Below, in pieces: positions 7,744 to 16,593 of a DNA stretch of 60,071 bases. A program made the translations under genes and the position numbers. The notes below the pieces were generated by a model. It was not told the origin of the DNA, made no database searches, and saw nothing but the letters and a program-made list of their open reading frames with translations. Numbering within the stretch: position 1 is the first letter of the stretch; every line of letters starts with the position of its first letter. The DNA is from a virus (taxonomy: Duplodnaviria > Caudoviricetes), in IMG/VR virus record IMGVR_UViG_3300012202_000001, positions 1-60,071 of that record. One strand, 5' to 3'.

Positions 7744-8942
7744 GCCCGACTCCGCTTCTCTTCCTCAGTGACGATCCAACCTCCGGCACCGGCCTAGGCC
7801 GCATCACGCGCGACTTGGCGACTCGCGTTCACAAGTACCTTCCCGACAAGTTCCGCGTGGCGACCTGTGGCTATGGGGGAAACTTTTCCCGCGAACTCGG
7901 CTTCCCGCAGTACTCCATCAAGATGCAGGACTGGGTTTGCTACAACCTGCCCGAGATATGGAAAGACTTTGCCGGCGATGAGCACGGCATCCTCATGCCG
8001 ATTTGGGATTGCTCCCGCTTGCTGTGGCTGGCCCGTCCTGAAAATTGCGAAGACCCTCGCCTGAGAGAATTTCTGCAGGAAAAACATTTCGACACTTGGA
8101 CCTATAGTCCGATGGATGCGCACGGAGTCGACGGCAAGCTTACAGGCGTGCTGAAACACACGCTGGAGGGATTCGATCGCGTGCTGGCGTATTCCAAGTG
8201 GGCTTACGACATTCTGGAAAAGACGCTCGACAAGAGCCGCTTCAACGATATTGACTGGCGCCCACACGGCATCGATACGAGCATCTGGTATCCCCGCAAA
8301 CGTATCGTCGCGCGGCATGGGTTTGGAGACAAGTTGGGAGCCAAGGACTTCCGTAACAAGGTCACGCGTATTCCCGATGACGCTTTCCTGATTGGCATCG
8401 TGGCAACGAATCAGGCACGCAAGGACTGGGGACTAGGAATGTCGGTCATCGCCGAGATCGCGAAGCAGCGCAATACGTGGTGCTGGCTGCATACCGACCG
8501 GCTGGAGAATGCCTGGAGCATCCCGATTTTGAGCCAGTGGGATTTTAAGATTCATGAGAAGGCCATCGTTACTACCGTCGACTATAGCGACGACAAACTC
8601 GCGTGGGCGTACTCAGCGTGTGACCTTACCTTGGGCATCGGCGCAGGGGAAGGCTTCGGTTTTCCGATATTTGAATCACTGGCTTGTGGAACACCATGTC
8701 TCCACGGCAGGTATGGTGGTGCACCGGAACACATGCCAGATTGTATGTTAGTCGATCCTTTCTTCCACCGAATTGATGGGGTTTACAGCTTAATGCGTCC
8801 CTGCTATCGCGTTGAAGACTGGGTCGAAAAAGCAAATGCACTGCTTGGCGTTAAAAGTGCTTTATCGATGCTTCCCGCTCACCTAGATTGGTCTAATCTC
8901 TGGCCGTCATGGGAAGAATGGTTTGAGAAGGGTTTGAAATGA
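7740..8942 (+). CDS. GT-B (GT4-like) glycosyltransferase
   Basis: SDDP..GTGLGR, PHGIDT, VATNQARKD, GEGFGFPIFESLACGTP. Confidence 0.9.
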   Translation: MSPTPLLFLSDDPTSGTGLGRITRDLATRVHKYLPDKFRVATCGYGGNFSRELGFPQYSIKMQDWVCYNLPEIWKDFAGDEHGILMPIWDCSRLLWLARPENCEDPRLREFLQEKHFDTWTYSPMDAHGVDGKLTGVLKHTLEGFDRVLAYSKWAYDILEKTLDKSRFNDIDWRPHGIDTSIWYPRKRIVARHGFGDKLGAKDFRNKVTRIPDDAFLIGIVATNQARKDWGLGMSVIAEIAKQRNTWCWLHTDRLENAWSIPILSQWDFKIHEKAIVTTVDYSDDKLAWAYSACDLTLGIGAGEGFGFPIFESLACGTPCLHGRYGGAPEHMPDCMLVDPFFHRIDGVYSLMRPCYRVEDWVEKANALLGVKSALSMLPAHLDWSNLWPSWEEWFEKGLK

Positions 8943-9619
8943 GGCCCCTCGTCTACATCGTCGCGTCCCGCGGATGGGCCGGTTTCATGGACTGCATCAG
9001 AACGTGGATTGACACTGCCTCAACTCCCTACAACGTGCATATCTCGATGGGTTTGGATGTGATGCCGGCGCTACAGCAGGGATACGAAAGCACAACGGAA
9101 CCGATTCTTTGTTACCTTCACGACGATTTCAAGATTTTGGAGGACAATTGGGACGCTCGCGTTCTCAAGGAGTTTAATGATCAGTCTGTGGGAATGGTGG
9201 TTACTTGTGGAGCAAGAGGTCACGGAGTTCGACATCTATATGAAACGCCGTATCACCTTCCCAACTTGGCGCGACAGAACTTCATGTCAAACATGGTCGA
9301 TGCCGAAGTGCATGGCGAACGATTCACCGGAGAGCGTGATGTTGTAGTAGGAGACGGAATGGCGTTATTCGTACGGCGGACGATCTTAGACAAGGTAGGT
9401 GGTTGGCCGGTGGATAAACCCGTGGGGTACTGGCTATATGCCGAATGGCTTACTTGTGAGACTCGGCGGCAGGGTTTCAGAATTCGTCTTGTGGGCATTA
9501 AGTGTCAACACTTGGGCGGAAAATCTTCCGGCTTTATCTCGCCTTCGATCTCGTACGAAGAGGCCCACCGATGGTTGTTTGAAAACAATCGGGATGTGTT
9601 ACCAGCATGGGTGGAGTAG
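8939..9619 (+). CDS. GT-A (GT2-like) glycosyltransferase
   Basis: ILCYLHDD (DxD-like), DGMALFVRR..L..VGGW, CQHLGG. Confidence 0.8.
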   Translation: MRPLVYIVASRGWAGFMDCIRTWIDTASTPYNVHISMGLDVMPALQQGYESTTEPILCYLHDDFKILEDNWDARVLKEFNDQSVGMVVTCGARGHGVRHLYETPYHLPNLARQNFMSNMVDAEVHGERFTGERDVVVGDGMALFVRRTILDKVGGWPVDKPVGYWLYAEWLTCETRRQGFRIRLVGIKCQHLGGKSSGFISPSISYEEAHRWLFENNRDVLPAWVE

Positions 9620-9677
9620 AATCAGGGCCGTCAGGTGTTGAAGCACCGGCAAAGCCTATCGCTACGAAGGAGCGAAT

Positions 9678-10169
9678 ATGACGACCCCGAGCACATCTTA
9701 CCGCACGATCGAACTCACCCAAGGGAAAGTAACAATCGTTAACGAGAAGCACTACGATTGGCTTTCGCAGTGGAAATGGTGTGCTCAACGCAATAATGAC
9801 AATTTTTATGCAGTGAGAACTTTCTGGATCGGTAATCATTGTTTCGGCTTAAAAATGCACCGCGTCATTCTTGGCCTGACTGCCGGTGATAAGCGCCTCG
9901 TCGATCATGTCAATTTAGATGGACTTGATAATCGAGAAGAGAACTTAAGAATCGCGACAACATCCAAGAATGCAATGAATAGACATGTTACGAAAATAAG
10001 TAAAAGCGGTCTTAAGGGAGTATTTTTCTATCGGGGAAAATGGAGAGCATCGATTGGACTGAACAACCGCGACATTTTTCTGGGTGATTATGCAACAACC
10101 GAACTTACTCATGAGGCATACTGCGAAGCAGCAGCAAAATATCACGGCAAGTTCGCGAGGTTTGCATGA
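9678..10169 (+). CDS. HNH-AP2 homing endonuclease
   Basis: IELTQGK, MHRVILG, VDHVNLDGLDNREENLR, SGLKGV..KWRASI..YHGKFAR. Confidence 0.9.
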   Translation: MTTPSTSYRTIELTQGKVTIVNEKHYDWLSQWKWCAQRNNDNFYAVRTFWIGNHCFGLKMHRVILGLTAGDKRLVDHVNLDGLDNREENLRIATTSKNAMNRHVTKISKSGLKGVFFYRGKWRASIGLNNRDIFLGDYATTELTHEAYCEAAAKYHGKFARFA

Positions 10170-11608
10170 AGGTCTGTTTAGTGACACCCCCGAGCGGATT
10201 TTTGCTAGATCAGCGTGTGTTTATGAGTTTAGGTATTTTGAAGGTGGGGGCAGTTCTGGAACAGGCAGGACACGAGGTCGATCATCTCGATCTCTCAGGA
10301 GTATCGAACTATGAGGATATTTGCCGGGATTATCTGCGCACTGGTAGCAATCCGGCTGGTGTGGTTTACGCGATCACTGCTACGACTCCTCAAATGCCAG
10401 CAGCGATCCGTATTCGTGAAGTCCTCGGAGGCAAGTGTATTATGGGTGGACCACATCCTACCCTGCTCGCTGCCGCCGCCAAGCGAGGGAACGCAAGAGC
10501 CATCAAAGCCCTGGGACATCTACTCGATGCGTTTGACACTATTGTGGCCGGCGATGGAGAAAGAGCCATCTTCCGAGCGCTCAAAGAGTACGGACTGATC
10601 GACGCGGACGATCCGAAGAGTGACCTGTGGCAAACCTCTAAGGATTTCACCGATTCCCCTTGGCCGGCACGTCACCTTGTTGATGTAAAGAGTTATCACT
10701 ACACGATTGACGGAGAGCAAGCCATTCATTTAATCGGGCAATTAGGATGCCCGATGTCATGCACGTTTTGTGCAGGAAGAAACAGTCCGATGCTACGACG
10801 TATGAGACTTCGTACTCCGGAAAACATTGTCGCGGAAGTGCTCCATTTACACGATAAGTACGGATTCAAGGGCTTCAATTTTTTCGATGACGAACTAAAT
10901 ATAAACAAACTGCTTCCCACTCTCTTGCGCGGTTTGATAGAGGCTGCGCGAGATCGAGGAGTGGAGTGGCGGCTGCGAGGTTTTATTAAGGCGGAACTGT
11001 TTACAGAAGAACAAGCTGCGCTCATGTACGAAGCTGGCTTCCGTTGGATACTGATCGGATTCGAGAGTGGATCTGATCGCATTCTCACAAACATCGAGAA
11101 GCGTGCGACGAAAGCGGAGAATACGCATGCCATGCAAATTGCGCACGATCACGGACTGAAGGTTAAGGCACTAATGAGCATTGGCCATGCTGGAGAGTCA
11201 GAACAGACCGTTCGGGATACCTACGATTGGCTTATCGAAACGAGGCCAGATGATCTGGACGTCACGGTAATTACGCCATATCCAGGAAGCCCGTACTGGG
11301 ATGAAGCTGTCGAAGTTGACGGAGGTATGTGGAGGTACAGCGCACACAAGACAGGCGATTATCTCTACATGGAAGAGATCGACTTTAGCGCCGTGGCCGA
11401 TTTTTATAAGGGCGTGCCCGGTGAGTACGTTAGCCATGTGTGGACCGATGCGCTAGCGGCTACTGAATTGTGTGAATTGAGAGACTGGTGCGAGTTCGAT
11501 TCCAAAGCAAGATTAGACATCGCCCTTCCACAGTCGGCAGCAGCGGTAATGTACGACCATTCAACAGGAATGACACCAGCCATCCTTCGTTCGTCGGTGA
11601 GTAAATGA
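10166..11608 (+). CDS. B12-binding radical SAM enzyme (class B methylase-like)
   Basis: N-terminal cobalamin-binding fold (SLGILKVGA..MGGPHPT..GDGE); CPMSCTFC motif; FFDDEL, IGFESGS, TPYPGSP. Confidence 0.9.
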   Translation: MKVCLVTPPSGFLLDQRVFMSLGILKVGAVLEQAGHEVDHLDLSGVSNYEDICRDYLRTGSNPAGVVYAITATTPQMPAAIRIREVLGGKCIMGGPHPTLLAAAAKRGNARAIKALGHLLDAFDTIVAGDGERAIFRALKEYGLIDADDPKSDLWQTSKDFTDSPWPARHLVDVKSYHYTIDGEQAIHLIGQLGCPMSCTFCAGRNSPMLRRMRLRTPENIVAEVLHLHDKYGFKGFNFFDDELNINKLLPTLLRGLIEAARDRGVEWRLRGFIKAELFTEEQAALMYEAGFRWILIGFESGSDRILTNIEKRATKAENTHAMQIAHDHGLKVKALMSIGHAGESEQTVRDTYDWLIETRPDDLDVTVITPYPGSPYWDEAVEVDGGMWRYSAHKTGDYLYMEEIDFSAVADFYKGVPGEYVSHVWTDALAATELCELRDWCEFDSKARLDIALPQSAAAVMYDHSTGMTPAILRSSVSK

Positions 11609-12114
11609 ATATGGGACGACCAAAACTAGATGACAACGGCACGCTGGCGGCGATTTGGGAAAGAACTATTAAAACGAAGCGTTGCTGGCTTTATGGAAAG
11701 ACTGACCGTTATCACTTTTTGAAACATGAAGGCAAGACAACGACCGTACATCGGTTCATCTACAAGATGACTGTCGGATCGGTCCCCGACGAACTAGACG
11801 TTTGTCACCGTTGTGATAATCGTCAATGTATTCGTCCAAGCCATCTCTTCCTTGGCACACCCGCAGAAAATAGTGCCGATATGGTCAAGAAGGGTCGCGC
11901 TGCTACAGGTAGTCGAAACGGAAAATCCACACATCCAGAAGCTACTCCACGCGGAGAAAAAGTAGGGACTGCAAGATTAACCGCACAGGATGTCGTTAAG
12001 ATCAGAGCCCTGCGATCTCAGGGATTGACATATCAAGAGATTGGGAAAACTTTTAACGTGCATCTGAGCACGGTAGCCTACGCTCTCACAAAGAATTGGA
12101 AGCACGTCGCATGA
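11605..12114 (+). CDS. HNH homing endonuclease with C-terminal HTH
   Basis: CWLY, HRFIY, VCHRCDNRQCIRPSHLFLGT..ENSADM..KGR. Confidence 0.9.
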   Translation: MNMGRPKLDDNGTLAAIWERTIKTKRCWLYGKTDRYHFLKHEGKTTTVHRFIYKMTVGSVPDELDVCHRCDNRQCIRPSHLFLGTPAENSADMVKKGRAATGSRNGKSTHPEATPRGEKVGTARLTAQDVVKIRALRSQGLTYQEIGKTFNVHLSTVAYALTKNWKHVA

Positions 12115-12187
12115 ATATTCCATTTTACGAAATACGAACAGCGCTTCTGTAAGTACGTTTGCGGACTGACAAACCAGCGAGGATCAA

Positions 12188-12910
12188 ATGAATGTTAATG
12201 CGACGTTCCTAGTTTGCAATCGTCCCAGACTCACGCAACAAGCACTGCTTTCTCTCGGCCCCACTGACGATGACGTGATGACCGTCACCGTCAGCGAAGA
12301 CAGCAAGTGCAACGATGAGACCCAAAAGGTATTGAGTGATTGGTATCAGTCCAACCCCAAGAATAGACATCTCTGCGGACACACCGCAGAGTACGGAACC
12401 GGATCACTGCGCAATCAAGTCATCGCAGCCAGTGAAAAATACTTTAACCGTGGAAGTCACCTCTACCTCAGTGATAACGACGTGTTCTTCTATCCTGCCA
12501 TTTTCGAAAAGCTGGTTCCGATCTATGAATACGCCTGGACTTTGGGATTTAAGGTACTGGGTGCCTACAATCATCCGTTCCATCAGCCGATAAATTCGAC
12601 TCCGGTCTATGGCGGCGGGAGAGCGATCATCTCGCGGGTCAACGAAGTGCATGCGCTCGCGCTGCAATCCATGCTCATGAAGTGGGAAGTGTGGGACAAG
12701 TACGGGCCTTTTGACGACACTCCAGTGGGACGGGTCCGCATGAGCGAGGACGTTGCTTTCACCAACAAGATCAAAGCTGATGGCGGACGTATCGGAGTGG
12801 TGAGCCCTGCGCTGGCAGTGAACACCGGCATCACCGACAGTTTCGGGGAAAAGATTCCCGGTTGGGAGATTGTCCAGAAGGAAGCACCGTTCGGGGTGTA
12901 CTTCGAATGA
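12188..12910 (+). CDS. GT-A (GT2-like) glycosyltransferase
   Basis: NRPRLT..AL.SL, LYLSDNDV, WDKYGPFD, SEDVAF. Confidence 0.8.
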   Translation: MNVNATFLVCNRPRLTQQALLSLGPTDDDVMTVTVSEDSKCNDETQKVLSDWYQSNPKNRHLCGHTAEYGTGSLRNQVIAASEKYFNRGSHLYLSDNDVFFYPAIFEKLVPIYEYAWTLGFKVLGAYNHPFHQPINSTPVYGGGRAIISRVNEVHALALQSMLMKWEVWDKYGPFDDTPVGRVRMSEDVAFTNKIKADGGRIGVVSPALAVNTGITDSFGEKIPGWEIVQKEAPFGVYFE

Positions 12911-13470
12911 GTCTGCCCACGTTTGATGACGCGATGGTCCTCACGAGCACGATCAGCAATATCTACTGCTTGCAGGTGGTGGAGTGCTTAGCGATGTATG
13001 AAACACTCTGCGAACTGCCGGAAGCAGCGACCGTGGTTGAAGTGGGATGTGACTATGGGCGTTCTTCAAGCCTGATTTTTCAGATGGCGAAAGCGAAAAA
13101 TTTCCTAACCATCCATATCGACCCTTGGCAGTCGAACCCAGACCGCGGAAAAGACTGGATGACGGTCATGTGTGAACGCTGTTCCTACCACCCGTTTATT
13201 TTGCTGCGCATGACCACGGAAGAAGCGGCGCCGTTTATCGAGCAACTGACCCCTCAAGGAATCGATCTCGCTTTCATCGATGGATCTCACGATCAACCTG
13301 TCGTTGAAAACGATATGAAAATAGTCGCCTCTCGCGTCAAGCCAGGGGGATTTCTTACCGCGCACGATTACCCGTCAGGAGGAGTTTCAGAGGCAATCGA
13401 TCCATTCGTTCGAAATGGATGGAGCAAACACAAGCAAGCTGGCGGATTCGGAGTGTGGAAGAGACTGTGA
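12907..13470 (+). CDS. Class I SAM methyltransferase (Methyltransf_24-like)
   Basis: VVEVGCDYGRSS, IDLAFIDGSHD, VKPGGFLTAHDY; ATGA coupled. Confidence 0.85.
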   Translation: MSLPTFDDAMVLTSTISNIYCLQVVECLAMYETLCELPEAATVVEVGCDYGRSSSLIFQMAKAKNFLTIHIDPWQSNPDRGKDWMTVMCERCSYHPFILLRMTTEEAAPFIEQLTPQGIDLAFIDGSHDQPVVENDMKIVASRVKPGGFLTAHDYPSGGVSEAIDPFVRNGWSKHKQAGGFGVWKRL

Positions 13471-14045
13471 ATACTGACGAACTGCTCGCTCTGGCTACTT
13501 CCATTGAAGGCCAGGGCTTCGCCGACGAGCCGAAACAGGTTTGCACTTACACCAGTTTCGAACTGAGATTGATAGCAAACTGCCTTCTGGAACTGCCTTA
13601 TGGCTCGCGCGTGCTGGAGATTGGAGTTTATGGCGGACGCTCAACTTCTCTCCTGTTCCAACTGCAGAAAGAACTCGGACTGGACATTCACCTGATCGAC
13701 AATTGGTCCTGGGATTCTGTGCGAGCGCTGCGCATATTCACCACGATGGTGCTCGAACACTTTAGCGAAGTTCCATTCACGTTGCACAAGATGCGAAGCG
13801 ACTACGCCGGTGCATACAAATGGTGTGAGCCCGTTGGATTTCTTCACATTGACGGCTGGCATGAAATGCCGGGGATTGAGTCCGACTGTCAACTATTTCT
13901 GCCTTGGGTCATATCAGGTGGAACCGTAGCGTTCCATGACTGTGATTATCTGCCGGTTGAGCAGTGTATTGACAAGTACGTACGCAACGCGGGATGGCAG
14001 CAGCTTGAAAGCGCAGGACGTTCGACCACTTGGAGAAAGCCGTGA
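13467..14045 (+). CDS. Class I SAM methyltransferase (Methyltransf_24-like)
   Basis: VLEIGVYGGRST, FLHIDGWHE, GGTVAFHD; GTGA coupled. Confidence 0.85.
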   Translation: MNTDELLALATSIEGQGFADEPKQVCTYTSFELRLIANCLLELPYGSRVLEIGVYGGRSTSLLFQLQKELGLDIHLIDNWSWDSVRALRIFTTMVLEHFSEVPFTLHKMRSDYAGAYKWCEPVGFLHIDGWHEMPGIESDCQLFLPWVISGGTVAFHDCDYLPVEQCIDKYVRNAGWQQLESAGRSTTWRKP

Positions 14046-14716
14046 ACCTAGCGGTAATCACACCTTGCCTGTATCCGGACACGGCGCGCATTCATTACCT
14101 CATAGACTCATGCGCCAAGCATAATGTCTCGCTCTCGTTCCACGGAAGAGGAGAGGTCTTCGGCGGCTGGAGTGCGATGCTCATGCGCTACACGCTCCCG
14201 CACATGCGGTCGTTGGCTGAACAAGGTTACTCCCATGTTCTCTTTGTGGACGCTATCGATTCTTTGTTCGTTGCCGGCATTAACGAGATTGCAGCCAAGT
14301 ATGAACGGCTTTGCGGAGACCACTCAACTTTAATCTCGGGCGATTCCGACCCGACTCCGCGCGGCGTCTACATTGACCCTGGACCGTGGAAATATTTAAA
14401 CGGAGGCGGGTATATCACGCCAATCGCGCCGTGGGTGTGCATGATTGAAAACCTGCACGAACTCTATCCCGAAGAAGGAAACTATCAAGTGTGGCTTGAA
14501 AAGCATTGGCCGCTCCCTGATTCCTATGTCGATTACGATTGCAAAATCTTTCAGCCGATGGACGGGAATCCTGCCGTAATGCCGGTCGGAGGGCGAGTGC
14601 TCAACGCGCTTACCGGATCCTGGCCTTGTATCCTGCATTTCCGCGGCGGCTATTGTGATCCTGTGACCGGGAGAGATGAACGAATGAAACCTTGGGTAGA
14701 GGCGCTTACACGATGA
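14042..14716 (+). CDS. PLOD/procollagen-type GT-A glycosyltransferase domain protein
   Basis: VLFVDAIDSLF, WKYLNGGGYI, DYDCKIFQ, PCILHFRG. Confidence 0.7.
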   Translation: MNLAVITPCLYPDTARIHYLIDSCAKHNVSLSFHGRGEVFGGWSAMLMRYTLPHMRSLAEQGYSHVLFVDAIDSLFVAGINEIAAKYERLCGDHSTLISGDSDPTPRGVYIDPGPWKYLNGGGYITPIAPWVCMIENLHELYPEEGNYQVWLEKHWPLPDSYVDYDCKIFQPMDGNPAVMPVGGRVLNALTGSWPCILHFRGGYCDPVTGRDERMKPWVEALTR

Positions 14717-15273
14717 CCTTCGAACAGGTGATGGAGTTCACGCGCGGAGTAAGCGCTCCGGATGCGTTTCAGGATGTCGAGTGCAAAGCTTTCTACGATG
14801 CTTTGCTGCATGTCCGGCCTGGGGGGATCGTAGTCGAGATCGGATGCCAGCTTGGGCGGTCATCGTCGATCATTGCGCAGATGCAGCCGGTCATCCACTA
14901 TCACGCCATTCATATTGACCCGTACACCGAGCAACCAGATTACCTGCGCGGCTGGACTGACATGATGTGGAGAGTCGGGAACCGGGACCATGAGTTTACC
15001 TTGATGTGTATGCGCACCGAGCAAGCCGAATGGCTTCTCAGCAGGATTGGCGAGATCGATCTAGCGTTTGTCGACGGAGACCACGAGTACCCATCGGTGA
15101 TGATCGATTTGAAGCTGGTCGCGGAGAGAGTGCGGCGGGGCGGGTATCTGACAGCGCATGATTTATCGAATGAAGGCTTGCCGGGAGTGAGCAAGGCTCT
15201 CGGAGAGTATATCGATGCGAAGTGGCACACGGTCGGGACCTTCGGCAGTCTGGGAGTGTGGATCAAAATATGA
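14713..15273 (+). CDS. Class I SAM methyltransferase (Methyltransf_24-like)
   Basis: VVEIGCQLGRSS, IDLAFVDGDHEY, GGYLTAHD; paralogue of 12907-13470. Confidence 0.85.
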   Translation: MTFEQVMEFTRGVSAPDAFQDVECKAFYDALLHVRPGGIVVEIGCQLGRSSSIIAQMQPVIHYHAIHIDPYTEQPDYLRGWTDMMWRVGNRDHEFTLMCMRTEQAEWLLSRIGEIDLAFVDGDHEYPSVMIDLKLVAERVRRGGYLTAHDLSNEGLPGVSKALGEYIDAKWHTVGTFGSLGVWIKI

Positions 15274-15779
15274 TCGGGCTCAACGTAGGCAGCGGACAGC
15301 GACCCTTTCATTCCACAAAAGAAGTGACGTGGATCAATATCGACTCACAGCCGAAATGGAATCCGGATGTGCTGTGCAGCGGTGTGGATCTTCCCTACTC
15401 CGGCTCTACGGTCGATTACGTTGTCCTGCATCACGTCTTAGAACACTTCGGATGCGGCGAAGGTGAAGGGCTGGTAAAAGAGGCTTACCGCGTGCTCAAG
15501 CCGGGAGGATCGCTACTCGTCTTCGTCCCAGACTTGAAGAAACTCGCGGTGGGATGGCTCAACAGCCAAATATCAACTCAGATCTACATGACGAATCTCT
15601 ACGGCGCCTACATGGGAAGTGAAGACGATCGCCACAAGTGGGGCTTCGACGTCACCAGCCTGTACAACTTTCTAAGGTCTTGTGCTGCATGGAAAGCCGT
15701 ACACGCAGGAACCCCGAACCTCCCCGGCGCCGATATTGCGAGGGATTGGTGGATCCTTGAAATGGAGTGCGTGAAATGA
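15270..15779 (+). CDS. Class I SAM methyltransferase (Methyltransf_11-like)
   Basis: LNVGSG, WINID, HVLEH, YRVLKPGG.L.V.VPD. Confidence 0.85.
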   Translation: MIGLNVGSGQRPFHSTKEVTWINIDSQPKWNPDVLCSGVDLPYSGSTVDYVVLHHVLEHFGCGEGEGLVKEAYRVLKPGGSLLVFVPDLKKLAVGWLNSQISTQIYMTNLYGAYMGSEDDRHKWGFDVTSLYNFLRSCAAWKAVHAGTPNLPGADIARDWWILEMECVK

Positions 15780-15797
15780 CGCTTAGGCTGGAAAAGT

Positions 15798-15828
15798 GTC
15801 CCAAAACTGTCCCAAATAGTTTTGGGAC
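15798..15828. repeat. 11-bp inverted repeat with an internal direct copy
   Basis: GTCCCAAAACT-gtcccaaat-AGTTTTGGGAC. Confidence 0.8.
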
Positions 15829-15843
15829 GGGGAAAAGCCCTCG

Positions 15844-16593
15844 ATGAACGGCATTCTGACACTGACCCGCAATAACCTCGCCCTCACCCAGCGAGCAATT
15901 CACTCTTTCTTGCGCCAAGACATCGTGACAGTCGTAATGGCAATCGACAACGGGAGCACAGACGGGACCGTCCCCTGGCTGAAAGCTTACGGCTGCCTTC
16001 TCCGTGCCGAGCCGGAGAATCGCGGGGTGAGTGCCGGCTGGAATTGTGGCCTTAAAATGTTCTTTGAAGCCGGCGCCGAAAATGTTCTTGTCGTAGGCAA
16101 CGATACGTGGCTTCCGCCCTACTTCTACCGGGAACTGCTCTCTTACAACCTGCCGTTCATGACTGGAGTAGCCGTCGACAACATGGAGCAGGTACAGCCG
16201 AAGCCCAGCAAGGCTCCTCTGGACCCGCATCCTGATTTTTCCGCCTACTGCATCCGTAAACGAATCTGGACAGAGGTCGGACCCTTCGATGAGCGCATGA
16301 AGCATTACGCCTCGGATTGCGATTGGCACATTCGGGCTCACCGCAAGTCTTATGGTCTGTGGAAAGCATCGTGTGAGTTTTACCACGAACGGTCGAGCAC
16401 GCTCAGGAATGCGTCTCCGGAAGATGCGCAGCAGATTCAGGAACAGGCGAACAAGGATCGGATGACGTTTCAGGCGCTCTACAATTGCCTACCAGGGCAA
16501 CCGGAGTACGAGGCGATATTCGCACAAAGCCCAGAGCCGCAGAAGGTTCCTTCTCGGGTATCGAATGACAACACTTTAGAAACCGGCACTTAA
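15844..16593 (+). CDS. GT2 glycosyltransferase
   Basis: IDNGSTDGT, NRGVSAGWN.GL, VVGND, VGPFDE, SDCDW. Confidence 0.9.
   Translation: MNGILTLTRNNLALTQRAIHSFLRQDIVTVVMAIDNGSTDGTVPWLKAYGCLLRAEPENRGVSAGWNCGLKMFFEAGAENVLVVGNDTWLPPYFYRELLSYNLPFMTGVAVDNMEQVQPKPSKAPLDPHPDFSAYCIRKRIWTEVGPFDERMKHYASDCDWHIRAHRKSYGLWKASCEFYHERSSTLRNASPEDAQQIQEQANKDRMTFQALYNCLPGQPEYEAIFAQSPEPQKVPSRVSNDNTLETGT

Noticed and set aside
7740-16593. T4-like DNA glucosylation pathway
   Set aside because: No dNMP hydroxymethylase, TET/JBP oxygenase, kinase or phage polymerase recognised; kept only as an alternative hypothesis
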